From a virus: a stretch of DNA of 64,000 nt. The notes beneath the pieces were generated by a model. That model had not been told where the DNA came from, searched no databases, and saw nothing but the letters and a program-made list of their open reading frames with translations. Both the position numbers and the translations under genes were made by a program. The stretch's first letter is position 1, and each line of letters opens with the position of its first letter. The stretch lies in IMG/VR virus record IMGVR_UViG_3300042482_000679; one strand, 5' to 3'. Shown piece by piece: positions 48,512-57,608 of this stretch.

Positions 48512-49000
48512 TTAATAAATTAACACACAACGGTCCATTCTAAGTGTTGTTGCAATGGTTGCTAATCCATCCTGACTGTAATTCAACTGGTTAAAGTTAA
48601 CATCACTTAAGAATGTTCCATATAATATCCATTTTTCTACTACAACACCTGTTGGGTCTAACATCTCAAGGTCGACATCTTTTTTGTAACCCGCAGCATA
48701 ACCCATACGACCAGTTACTGATTCCGCACATAAACGAACCCATTCCATCATAGCTTGTGCGGCTGAAGGTCCAATTGGGTCACGGAATGTTACCGGAATT
48801 GTCTGCCAGTTAAATCTACCCGCAACGAATGTAGATGTATTTAAAAACGGTATTTCAACCGGATTAATTGTAATGTGTGGTCGAGCAGCGCTCTCAACAA
48901 ACCATTCGTTGATACCCAAAGATGATGGGAACCTTAGAATGAATCGGTTCATTCTTTTAGGTTCGTAAGGTATCGGCATTTTCATTAATAAATCAGCCAT
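48512..49000 (-). CDS. Tail tube protein (T4 gp19-like)
   Basis: YEPKRMNRF, AGRFNWQTIPVTFRD, MMEW, YKKD..L.MLDP.G.VVEKW.LYG.F motifs. Confidence 0.88.
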   Translation of the reverse strand: MADLLMKMPIPYEPKRMNRFILRFPSSLGINEWFVESAARPHITINPVEIPFLNTSTFVAGRFNWQTIPVTFRDPIGPSAAQAMMEWVRLCAESVTGRMGYAAGYKKDVDLEMLDPTGVVVEKWILYGTFLSDVNFNQLNYSQDGLATIATTLRMDRCVLIY

Positions 49001-49033
49001 TGTTCTTTGTTTCTTTTACTTTGTTAATTTATC

Positions 49034-49041
49034 TATAAATA
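49034..49041 (-). promoter_or_regulatory. TATTTATA motif (putative late promoter of tube)
   Basis: About 34 nt upstream of ATG 49000. Confidence 0.55.
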
Positions 49042-49126
49042 TACAATTTGTAGTTTTTTTACCTATTGACTTTTAAAGGTTAATTTTCTACTATTGCATT
49101 GTATCTAGTTCTAGTTTCCAGTTTAT

Positions 49127-49951
49127 TTAATATTGCTTTTTAATTCCTCCAGCTGTTGAATAAGTAGTTAATCCTTCTTCTTTGTCTTTAAAATATCCTT
49201 TAATTGCTTCTAGGTTTTTTAAATCATCATCGGAAAACCCTATTTTAGGTTCAGCAGGAATAAATTTATTTGCAATGTCTTTTTTGAGGGTCGCCCTACC
49301 TTTAAGTAAAGAAGCCATCGATTTAATATAATAAATAAAATCTTCTAAAGCTTTTATTTTTGCTTGTTCAGGGTTTTGAGCTCCTGACGCATCACCAAAA
49401 CTTACAGGGTTATAACGATTCATTTCTAAATATGAACGTATAAGTTGTGTATCAGTCATTTTTTCTTCACCCGCAAACTCACGATATTTTCTTAAGTTCT
49501 TTAAAAGTTTTTCCTTATCTATACCCTGATAATTGTTTATGATGTAGTTGAAAACTCCCTCTTTAATTGTGTTCGGGTTATGACCTCTTGCGGTGATTAT
49601 CGCAAAAATGGACCCGTTGTTAACCGCTTCTACAAAGTCATCCCAAGCAGGACCTGGTTTAGCTCTCATAGCATCTATTAAAAACTGTCCATCACCAGGT
49701 GTTCTGAAGTTTCTAAATGGGTCATCAGAAAATCCTACAATAGTCTCACCCTTGTAATCGAATTTTTCTTTTCCTATTTTACTTCTGTATTCGGCGAAAT
49801 CATCTGTAGACATTTCTACATCATCACCATCTTCACTCTGTAAAATAATTTTAGTTGGCATATGGACAATGTTATCATCCCAGTCAAAAGCGTAATACTT
49901 AAGGTCTGGTGTCCCGTGTTTTGATATACCTTCTTTAAATTCTCTTTTCAT
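49127..49951 (-). CDS. HAD-superfamily phosphatase
   Basis: Motif I FDWDDNI, motif II ITARG, motif III K, motif IV FSDDD. Likely ATG 49951; the track start lies inside the terminator hairpin. Confidence 0.8.
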   Translation of the reverse strand: MKREFKEGISKHGTPDLKYYAFDWDDNIVHMPTKIILQSEDGDDVEMSTDDFAEYRSKIGKEKFDYKGETIVGFSDDPFRNFRTPGDGQFLIDAMRAKPGPAWDDFVEAVNNGSIFAIITARGHNPNTIKEGVFNYIINNYQGIDKEKLLKNLRKYREFAGEEKMTDTQLIRSYLEMNRYNPVSFGDASGAQNPEQAKIKALEDFIYYIKSMASLLKGRATLKKDIANKFIPAEPKIGFSDDDLKNLEAIKGYFKDKEEGLTTYSTAGGIKKQY

Positions 49952-49957
49952 ATTGGC

Positions 49958-49983
49958 AAAAAGTGGGGTGATTAACCCCACTT
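49958..49983 (-). terminator. Intrinsic terminator after the sheath gene
   Basis: AAGTGGGGT-TAATC-ACCCCACTT followed by TTT. Confidence 0.75.
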
Positions 49984-49998
49984 ATAATTAGTAGTTTA

Positions 49999-52900
49999 TT
50001 AGATATTTTCAAACGAAGCTCCTGTTGGAGTAATGAAGAATTCGATATCGATGAATTCAAGTGCCTTCGTTGGTTTTAAGTAAATTTTACCTGTTAATGT
50101 ATTTCTGTCTAAATCTTCAGGTGAAGAACTTACTGTTACACGGAAGTCGTAAAGACCTCTATCTCTTCTGATTGAATCCAAGATTGGGTTTACAGAATCC
50201 AAGAATTGTTGTCTTACGATTTCGTCGTTTTGTTCAAACAATAATCTTACAGCTACCGCTGAAATCAACTTACGAGCTTGTAGTAACAATCTTCTTACGT
50301 TCAATCTGTTCAATGCTGAATCAGAAACTTGTAGAGTTTTGTTACCCCAAATTACTGTTCCTACGTCTGCGAAAGTTGCGATAGGGTTGATACGACCTTG
50401 GTAAAGAGTATCTCTATCTTCTTGAGTTAGTTTTAATCTTGCTTTGATTGAGTTTACAAGACCTCTTGTGTAACCCGCAGATGCGAACCAAGGGAATGAA
50501 ATGTTATCAGTCAATGCTAAGTTTCTACAAACTTCACCTGTTGGGGGTAGATAGATTTGAGTGTTGTTAACAGTATCTCTTGTTAAAATCCAAGGATAGA
50601 ACGTTGCTGTATAACTTGAGTCGATACCTGTTTGGTCAAGATTATCAACCGCTTCTTGAGGGTAAATAATTTCAAATTGACTGTTAGCGTCAGGTGTATA
50701 CATATTGTAATCAGGTGTTGTTACAATGTAAACAGAGTCCGCTCTTTCGTTAGACACCATTCCGATTGCCAATTCACACAAGTTAGAATTGTTAACATAA
50801 TCGATACTTGCGGTTGCAAATACATTGATGTTTGTTGATTCAGGGTTGTTGAACGACAAGATACCAAGTAAGTATGCGTAGTAGTCGGTGTTAGCAAAGT
50901 CTTGAGTGTTGTTAGCAACAACTATTCTTTTAAATGTACCGTCTCCTGTAGCGTTAGGGTATCTAACTGATGGGTAAGCACCTTGTAAGAAACCTGATGC
51001 ACCTAATGCGAATCTGTCTTGGTTTGTTCTAAACTCTCTATAGATATCCCATCCGTCAAATCCACCTTGGAAACACATAGTGTATTTTCTTGAATATAAG
51101 AAGTAGTATGGGTTTTCTTGAGTTGTAGGTTCGTCAGAGAAATTAGCTACACCACAAACAAACGCCGCTTGTCCACTAGTTACGAATGCATCACCGATAG
51201 TTACAATTGTTGCTCCTGAATCCATATGGAAACCTTGTGTTAAGTAATTCCAAGGTGCCGATTCTGTAGCCAAGTACCAGTTAGTAACAGGATTTTGTTT
51301 ACCTTTGTATTGTAACAAGTCAGAATCAATACCTAAAGAACTTGAAAAACCTAAGTAAGTTCTTCTTACGATATCTCCTGATGAGGTTACAATGTTAGAA
51401 CCACCTGCAGTTGTACCAAATGGTGGGTCAAATACTGTTTCACCTGGATAATAATATTTGTTTTTGATTATTGCGAAAGGTGATGGATTTGATGCTGTTT
51501 CGTAAACTCTTGATTCTAAACCATAGAATCCACAAGGAAGTGCATCTATTACATATTCGTCAGATAACTCAATCATAATATATGCCGAGTTTAAAGGATA
51601 TTCACCATCTGATGAACCAACTTTTTTAGCTACGAAACTGTTTGAACCCGGGTCCATCGTACAGTTTGTGTATTTTTCATAAACAACAGGATTAGCATCT
51701 GTGTCAAAGAAATCACGAACTAAGATGTCAAATGTCATATTACTGAACGAAAGGTTAGCAATTGAAATTTTAACTTCTGTGTTAGCTGAGTTACCATCAG
51801 AGATAGAAACAAATCTAAATAATTTGTAAACCTTGTTACCTCTTAATTCAGATACAACATAAGGTGTTTTAGGTGTTTGATATCTATCAAGGTACCAAGC
51901 GATTGTCGTTGTAGATGAAGTATCTCTCGCTTCAGGTAAAGCAACCATTTCTGGCTGAATACCTCTAATGTAACCTTTATTATAACCATAGTTTAAAAGA
52001 CCAGGGTAAGACTCCTCAACAAATACAGGAACTTGAGTTCTTGGTTTGAAGAAGTTTGTCACACCTAATACTTTTGTAATATAATTTGAATTATTTGATT
52101 GGAATGATACATCAAATGTAAATCCTGAACCTTGATAAGTTGCCCCACTCAATTGGAATGTTGCAAAAGGACTTTGTGATATACCTGAGTATGCGCCTGT
52201 TGTAACCATTTGTAAATCTGTAAGACCTGTAACTTGGTAAGTCATACCGTGGTCGTTAGCGTCATAGATTGAAATACCTCTTGAACGTAGAGTTGCAACA
52301 ACCAAGTTATTGTAATCTGTATAAGCAGTACCACTATAAGTGTAGATACTACCTGACAATGTTCCGTAGAATGTTCCCGAAGCGCCTGTAAAGTAATTTG
52401 AAACCGCATAATCCCAAGAATAACCTGAGTAACCATTACCTGTTGTTGGATTGAATGCTGCGTAGAACCAAGTGTCGTTGTTTCCGTCAGTTAAATCGTT
52501 AGCTTCCAAATCAATACTATCACAACCAAATTGGTTAGTTAAACCTGTAAATGTTCCATCAAGGTTTGTATAACCTGTTGTTGGGATTGCTCCGTAAACA
52601 ACTGCAGTTGTTGCTGAAAGATTTGTATTACCTGATATACTTTGTACAAACGATGTGATGTCTGAATTATAAGTTGATGTTGAACCATCCGCTAATGTAT
52701 ACTGAACATTCAACTCATTAGATAACACTGAAGGTAATGACGATGTGAATGTAATCGTACTACCTGATGAATATCCACTAAAGTTTGCAGTAAAGTTTTG
52801 AGGGATAGCATATCCTGTGTCAATTCCAACAGTTGTTCCATCAACATTGGCAATTAATCTAATTGACCAAGATGGACCAGCATCATACCCTGACAAACCT

Positions 52901-53199
52901 AAAATTCTTGTTACGAATAATTGGTTAGATTGTTGTAGGTAAGACTTTGCAATGTAAGCCGCCTCATATTTAGGGATTTGAGTTCCGATAAATTTTACTG
53001 GTTCTGTTCCACCAAAAAATGTTTGGAATTCATCGTAATTTGTAATGAAGATTGGTTCGAAGGCTGGACCCTTTAAAGTCTCCCCAACTAATCCCAAAGT
53101 TGTAACACCTACGCTTTGTGCTACGAAAGATAAGTCTGTTTCTGAAGTATAAACGCCGGGTGAGACGAAAACCTTTTGATTTGCTTGTGCTGTTGCCAT
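49999..53199 (-). CDS. Contractile tail sheath protein (T4 gp18-like)
   Basis: FVSPGVYTSETD, GPAFEP, PWFASAGYTRG, LYQGRINPI, WGNKTL, RLNVRRLL, FEQND, PTKALEFI. Confidence 0.95.
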   Translation of the reverse strand: MATAQANQKVFVSPGVYTSETDLSFVAQSVGVTTLGLVGETLKGPAFEPIFITNYDEFQTFFGGTEPVKFIGTQIPKYEAAYIAKSYLQQSNQLFVTRILGLSGYDAGPSWSIRLIANVDGTTVGIDTGYAIPQNFTANFSGYSSGSTITFTSSLPSVLSNELNVQYTLADGSTSTYNSDITSFVQSISGNTNLSATTAVVYGAIPTTGYTNLDGTFTGLTNQFGCDSIDLEANDLTDGNNDTWFYAAFNPTTGNGYSGYSWDYAVSNYFTGASGTFYGTLSGSIYTYSGTAYTDYNNLVVATLRSRGISIYDANDHGMTYQVTGLTDLQMVTTGAYSGISQSPFATFQLSGATYQGSGFTFDVSFQSNNSNYITKVLGVTNFFKPRTQVPVFVEESYPGLLNYGYNKGYIRGIQPEMVALPEARDTSSTTTIAWYLDRYQTPKTPYVVSELRGNKVYKLFRFVSISDGNSANTEVKISIANLSFSNMTFDILVRDFFDTDANPVVYEKYTNCTMDPGSNSFVAKKVGSSDGEYPLNSAYIMIELSDEYVIDALPCGFYGLESRVYETASNPSPFAIIKNKYYYPGETVFDPPFGTTAGGSNIVTSSGDIVRRTYLGFSSSLGIDSDLLQYKGKQNPVTNWYLATESAPWNYLTQGFHMDSGATIVTIGDAFVTSGQAAFVCGVANFSDEPTTQENPYYFLYSRKYTMCFQGGFDGWDIYREFRTNQDRFALGASGFLQGAYPSVRYPNATGDGTFKRIVVANNTQDFANTDYYAYLLGILSFNNPESTNINVFATASIDYVNNSNLCELAIGMVSNERADSVYIVTTPDYNMYTPDANSQFEIIYPQEAVDNLDQTGIDSSYTATFYPWILTRDTVNNTQIYLPPTGEVCRNLALTDNISFPWFASAGYTRGLVNSIKARLKLTQEDRDTLYQGRINPIATFADVGTVIWGNKTLQVSDSALNRLNVRRLLLQARKLISAVAVRLLFEQNDEIVRQQFLDSVNPILDSIRRDRGLYDFRVTVSSSPEDLDRNTLTGKIYLKPTKALEFIDIEFFITPTGASFENI

Positions 53200-53236
53200 T
53201 TAGTTATTCTTTTCTAAAAATGAATTTATTTTTATC

Positions 53237-53243
53237 ATAAATA
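53237..53243 (-). promoter_or_regulatory. TATTTAT motif (putative late promoter of sheath)
   Basis: 37 nt upstream of ATG 53199. Confidence 0.55.
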
Positions 53244-53299
53244 TTTGATTAAAACACAAAAAACTTGACTTTTGAATATGTATTTGTAAACGGTAAGAA

Positions 53300-53321
53300 T
53301 TTATTCTGCCTTTATTCTGCC
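53300..53321 (+). repeat. 11-bp tandem direct repeat (candidate operator)
   Basis: TTTATTCTGCC twice, ending 2 nt before ATG 53324. Confidence 0.8.
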
Positions 53322-53323
53322 TT

Positions 53324-53488
53324 ATGGACAAAACACCTCATAAAATAAAGAATTTAAAGATTTCTGTTGAAGCACACACAATGTTAAAAAAACACTGTGA
53401 AAAACACGGTTTAAAGATTTATAAGTTTTTGGAAAACTTAATTGCCGAAAAGTGTAAAGAAAAAAAAGATATCTACGGAGAGGATTAA
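53324..53488 (+). CDS. Ribbon-helix-helix (Arc/CopG/MetJ-like) DNA-binding protein, not in ORF track
   Basis: MDKTPHKIKNLKISVEAHTMLKKHCEKHGLKIYKFLENLIAEKCKEKKDIYGED (54 aa): beta strand KNLKIS, helix, conserved G turn, helix. Confidence 0.75.
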   Translation: MDKTPHKIKNLKISVEAHTMLKKHCEKHGLKIYKFLENLIAEKCKEKKDIYGED

Positions 53489-54528
53489 ACCAACTTGGCA
53501 ACAAAGTCTATATTTGCTTCTTGACCAACAGTTTCTTTATTAACCTCAATCAAAATAATATCATTTGTGTTGAGTTGGATTAAGTCTAAATCAGAACCAT
53601 AGTAATCGCCATTTATGTAAACATCAAATGAATCAACATTTGTTGTACCCATTAAATTTAAATCAATTCGGTAATCAACAATATCACTTAAACTTGTATT
53701 ACCCGATGTGTAAATAAAATTGAATGGAAATTCATTTGGGTTTGGTGGCATAATCTCTGCTCGTTTAGCATTTGCCAAACTTGCATCAACTTCAAATAAT
53801 TCTAATACTCTACTAACCGCGGGTTTTACTTGGAACTCTTCTTCGTCAATCAAGTAACCTAACATTGTAAAATCATAACTTTGGACATAATATTTTCTTT
53901 TGTCCAAATCCATAACAGAATTATCCGTAACGTTATCCATAATGATTGGAACATACTGACCTTTAATAAAGGTATATGCCTGTCTTGATGAAAAAGTTTG
54001 CATCACATTTTTATTAAATGTGTTTAACTCTCTCATTCTATTACAGATTATTTTTACACTATATTTTATATCCACAGGAACAGGTTGGGGGATTGTATAA
54101 ACATCATACCCTTTTACGTTTCCGTTCCAAGTAGGAACTGTAGCATAATAAAATTGTTTTCTATTTGGAATAGTATACTGTGTGGATGGATTGGTTCCGT
54201 ATTTAACTTCAGGATTTCTAACTGTTGTAATAAATGGTGGGTTCGTATTGAAGTCAGGGTCTTTGAAGTTCCAAGTTTCAGTAAACTGTGACCAATTTTG
54301 TGTTGTGATAATTTTATCAATAACAGGAACTGTTTTACCCTCAACAACAAGTTTTAAAGAATCCTTAACAAAATCGAGCATACCCCTATCCAAATCAGCG
54401 TGTAATACGGACTTTGGTAGATATGTCCCATCTTTTTGAATATACTCAAGAAGTTCTCGTCTTCTTTCGGATAAAATTTTTGGTGGAACTAAATCTATGT
54501 TTGGTTTTATTTGCTTTGGGAACCCCAT
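53485..54528 (-). CDS. Tail terminator / sheath stabiliser (T4 gp15-like)
   Basis: IPQPVPVDIKYSVKI...ELN...F motif; adjacent to sheath; likely ATG 54528. Confidence 0.6.
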   Translation of the reverse strand: MGFPKQIKPNIDLVPPKILSERRRELLEYIQKDGTYLPKSVLHADLDRGMLDFVKDSLKLVVEGKTVPVIDKIITTQNWSQFTETWNFKDPDFNTNPPFITTVRNPEVKYGTNPSTQYTIPNRKQFYYATVPTWNGNVKGYDVYTIPQPVPVDIKYSVKIICNRMRELNTFNKNVMQTFSSRQAYTFIKGQYVPIIMDNVTDNSVMDLDKRKYYVQSYDFTMLGYLIDEEEFQVKPAVSRVLELFEVDASLANAKRAEIMPPNPNEFPFNFIYTSGNTSLSDIVDYRIDLNLMGTTNVDSFDVYINGDYYGSDLDLIQLNTNDIILIEVNKETVGQEANIDFVAKLV

Positions 54529-54529
54529 A

Positions 54530-54943
54530 TTAGTTATTAACAATAAAAATTTTATTTTTACGATTTACCATATCAACCGCATTGGCGTGAAATACTGGTT
54601 CTTCAGTATCTTTGTAAACAAATGAGTCATAAACATCGGGCTTATATGTTACAACAATACCGTTTGGTTCTTTAGGGATATTTTCACAAGGGTATTGACA
54701 AAAATCTTCCAAGTAACCAATAACAAATGCGTGAACATTTTTTGATTTTTCACGACGAACTCGGTCTCTACCACCCTTTCTAACTCTGAACTCCACATCA
54801 CTTAATTTTACAAAGTCGGCGTGCATAATAACCTTACCATCAAACGTTACTGAAAAAGTATGTTTGTGTAGGTTATAATACACCATAACTCTTTTACCTA
54901 AAAAGGCAGATTCAAATTGTGATTCAGTAATTAGTATTTTCAT
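54530..54943 (-). CDS. Conserved phage protein (KNVHAFV motif) with MKILITESQ leader
   Basis: VYYNLHK...GGRDRVRREKSKNVHAFVIG resembles a widespread phage family of unknown function. Confidence 0.75.
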   Translation of the reverse strand: MKILITESQFESAFLGKRVMVYYNLHKHTFSVTFDGKVIMHADFVKLSDVEFRVRKGGRDRVRREKSKNVHAFVIGYLEDFCQYPCENIPKEPNGIVVTYKPDVYDSFVYKDTEEPVFHANAVDMVNRKNKIFIVNN

Positions 54944-54952
54944 ATATTATAA

Positions 54953-55249
54953 TTATTTTGAACAATAGTTATCGTAGGTGTGAATAAAGAAATCCCTAAA
55001 TTGTGATTGATACCCATTGTCAATAAGATATTGATAGATATACTCATATAAATCATCATTACCAATTTGTTCACATAATTGTTCGACAATATTTGCCATT
55101 GATGAATCAACATATTCTCTAATTTCATCTTTACTCCAATAATCACAAACAGAATCACGGTCCAAGTCACTTATGTGTTCATCGACATACCCCAATCTTC
55201 GTTGTAGTCTTAACATATTGTATTGTCTCTCTGTGATGATGATTTTCAT
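54953..55249 (-). CDS. Hypothetical protein with MKIIITERQY leader
   Basis: 98 aa, coupled to the gp14-like gene. Confidence 0.7.
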   Translation of the reverse strand: MKIIITERQYNMLRLQRRLGYVDEHISDLDRDSVCDYWSKDEIREYVDSSMANIVEQLCEQIGNDDLYEYIYQYLIDNGYQSQFRDFFIHTYDNYCSK

Positions 55250-55764
55250 TAAAATCCGTCAAATTCATTTACCGTAACCGGGGTTGCGATAATTGTTCTG
55301 TAGAATGGTTTGTAACCACCATACGTATGTTTATTGTCTGAAGTAACCCTTCCATCATCGGCTACAGAGAAATATCTAACCTTATCTTCAGTTAAATAAT
55401 AACCCAAGTAATCACCAAACATTACATCAACACCAAGTTCATCAAGATAAGATTGGTAAACAGAAAATTTCATATTACCAGGTTCCATTTGTTCAACCCT
55501 ACTCTGACCTAAGAATTGTGTGGTAGGTGCCATAATTTGAACAAGACCCTTAAGTTCAACAGGGGGTAGGTATTTGATACCACCTTCCAAAGCTTCTCCA
55601 TAAACATCATCAGTATTTGTTTTATATCTGTCGACTCTATAAAGGATTACGGTAAAGTTCATATCACCCTCTAACCACTCTGAACCCATTGCAATATCAA
55701 GGGCATAATCCTCACCACCAAAGAATTTACCTAATCTTGTAATTGGAACTAATTTTTCTCCCAT
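55249..55764 (-). CDS. Head closure / neck protein (T4 gp14-like)
   Basis: VILYRVD...DDVYGEA...PPVEL...GD motif; neck-region context. Confidence 0.6.
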   Translation of the reverse strand: MGEKLVPITRLGKFFGGEDYALDIAMGSEWLEGDMNFTVILYRVDRYKTNTDDVYGEALEGGIKYLPPVELKGLVQIMAPTTQFLGQSRVEQMEPGNMKFSVYQSYLDELGVDVMFGDYLGYYLTEDKVRYFSVADDGRVTSDNKHTYGGYKPFYRTIIATPVTVNEFDGF

Positions 55765-55768
55765 ATTG

Positions 55769-55775
55769 ATAAATA
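55769..55775 (-). promoter_or_regulatory. TATTTAT motif (putative late promoter)
   Basis: 4 nt upstream of ATG 55764. Confidence 0.5.
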
Positions 55776-55812
55776 CAATTATATTGATTATTATTATGTA
55801 AAATGCTTTTTG

Positions 55813-57567
55813 ATGGCAGAACCAAGAACAATAGAATCGAAGGCAATCAAGATTTTAGAGGAATACCAAGGGGCCAATAACCACATTATTAACTTAAAAA
55901 TTAAGTTAGAAAAAAACCCTAAATTTTTCCCTACAAGAAGCCAATGTGATTACATCTTTGAGAATAAAGATGTTGTACCTAAAGTTGCTCGTAAATGGGT
56001 GGTACTTGATTCATACTTTTCACAAAAACTTGCTGATGATAAATTCTTAATGACCGTCCCCGAAAAAATGTGGGTGGAAAAGATTTTATGTGAAAGAGAT
56101 AAAGCGTTTCATATTTGGGGAAAGTTTTTTGAATCCGATGAATTACAAGAATATTGGGTTCCGAAGGCATCTATTATCAAAGACAATAAGGTTAATATTG
56201 GTGAAATAGATTATTCAAAATATTCTCATCGTCCTCCATTGGACCACCAAAAAATTGCAATCGAACAATTATTAAGAAATAAGAAATACATTTTGGCTGA
56301 TGATATGGGGTTAGGTAAAACTACCTCAACAATTATCGCATCATTAGAGACAGGTGCTAAAAAGATTTTAATTATCTGTCCAGCATCTTTAAAGATTAAC
56401 TGGCAACGAGAATATCAACTTTACAGTAACAAAACAAGTTATGTTTGTGAAGGTAAAAACTACTCAAGTGAACACGATATTTTGATAATGAATTATGATA
56501 TTATCAAAAATTTCCACGATACAAAAAACAAAGAAAAGTCTCAAATTTTTAAAGACAAGTTTGATTTAGTAATCATTGATGAAGCACACTACATTCAAAA
56601 TGTCCAAGCTCAAAGAACAAAATTAATTAACGATATTGTTAAAGATGTTGATAGACTTTGGTTATTAACAGGTACCCCGATGACATCAAGACCAATTAAT
56701 TATTTTAATTTGTTATCGTTGGTTGACTCTCCTGTTGCTAAGAATTGGATGGCGTATGTTGTCAGATATTGTGCAGGATATCAGTTCAAAGTAGGACCAA
56801 GAAAAGTTTGGAATGTAATGGGAGCGTCTAACTTGGAGGAATTAAGAGACCGAACTACAACAACGGTTCTTCGTCGTTTAAAAGAAGACGTTTTAGATTT
56901 ACCTGATAAAATCATAACACCAGTTTATTTACGACTCAAGTCAAAATTGTACGAGGAGGTAATGGGTGATTATTATAATTGGTATGAAAAAAATCCTGAC
57001 GAGAGTAAAAACTTATCTCTTCAGTTTACAAAGTTAACTCAAGTTAGACAGGTTATCGCAGATGAAAAAGTTAACCACACAATTGAACTTGCAGAGAACA
57101 TAATAGAACAAGGAAAAAAAGTTATCATTTTTTGTAATTTTACAAACTCTTTAGAAAAAATATGTGAACACTTTGGTAAATCTGCGGTGCGTCTTGATGG
57201 GTCAATGTCAAAAACGCAAAGACAAGATTCGGTTGACAGATTCCAAGAAGATGACAAAGTAAAAGTGTTTGTCGGTAATATTAAAGCCGCAGGTGTGGGT
57301 ATCACACTAACCGCAGCTGAAGCTGTTATTATGAACGATTTGTCATTCTTACCGTCTGACCACAGTCAATCTGAGGACCGAGCTTACCGATACGGACAGA
57401 AAAATAATGTTTTGGTTTACTACCCAATTTTTGAAAATACAATCGAAGGAATCATCTATGACATACTCAATAACAAGAAAAAAATTATTGGAACCGTGAT
57501 GGGTGATACTCAAGATGAAACAAATGTTGTTGAGGAAATTTTGAAAGAGATTAGTAGAATGAGATAA
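55813..57567 (+). CDS. SNF2-family helicase (HARP/SMARCAL1-like)
   Basis: ILADDMGLGKT, ICPASLKINW, DEAH, LTGTP, LRRLKEDVLDLP, GVGITLT, QSEDRAYRYGQ. Confidence 0.92.
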   Translation: MAEPRTIESKAIKILEEYQGANNHIINLKIKLEKNPKFFPTRSQCDYIFENKDVVPKVARKWVVLDSYFSQKLADDKFLMTVPEKMWVEKILCERDKAFHIWGKFFESDELQEYWVPKASIIKDNKVNIGEIDYSKYSHRPPLDHQKIAIEQLLRNKKYILADDMGLGKTTSTIIASLETGAKKILIICPASLKINWQREYQLYSNKTSYVCEGKNYSSEHDILIMNYDIIKNFHDTKNKEKSQIFKDKFDLVIIDEAHYIQNVQAQRTKLINDIVKDVDRLWLLTGTPMTSRPINYFNLLSLVDSPVAKNWMAYVVRYCAGYQFKVGPRKVWNVMGASNLEELRDRTTTTVLRRLKEDVLDLPDKIITPVYLRLKSKLYEEVMGDYYNWYEKNPDESKNLSLQFTKLTQVRQVIADEKVNHTIELAENIIEQGKKVIIFCNFTNSLEKICEHFGKSAVRLDGSMSKTQRQDSVDRFQEDDKVKVFVGNIKAAGVGITLTAAEAVIMNDLSFLPSDHSQSEDRAYRYGQKNNVLVYYPIFENTIEGIIYDILNNKKKIIGTVMGDTQDETNVVEEILKEISRMR

Positions 57568-57583
57568 AAGTGTATCTTCCTGT

Positions 57584-57591
57584 TATTTATA
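57584..57591 (+). promoter_or_regulatory. TATTTATA motif (putative late promoter)
   Basis: About 18 nt upstream of ATG 57609; its orientation flips with the gene strand. Confidence 0.55.
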
Positions 57592-57608
57592 AGGAAATAT
57601 ACCTTAAT

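Noticed and set aside
21967-53199. Bacterial contractile injection system or eukaryotic giant virus
   Set aside because: Neck/head-joining genes and a phage replisome accompany the tail genes, and bacterial promoters and terminators are present.
53322-53504. Minus-strand 60-aa ORF in the track
   Set aside because: It is antisense to the more credible RHH gene at 53324-53488.
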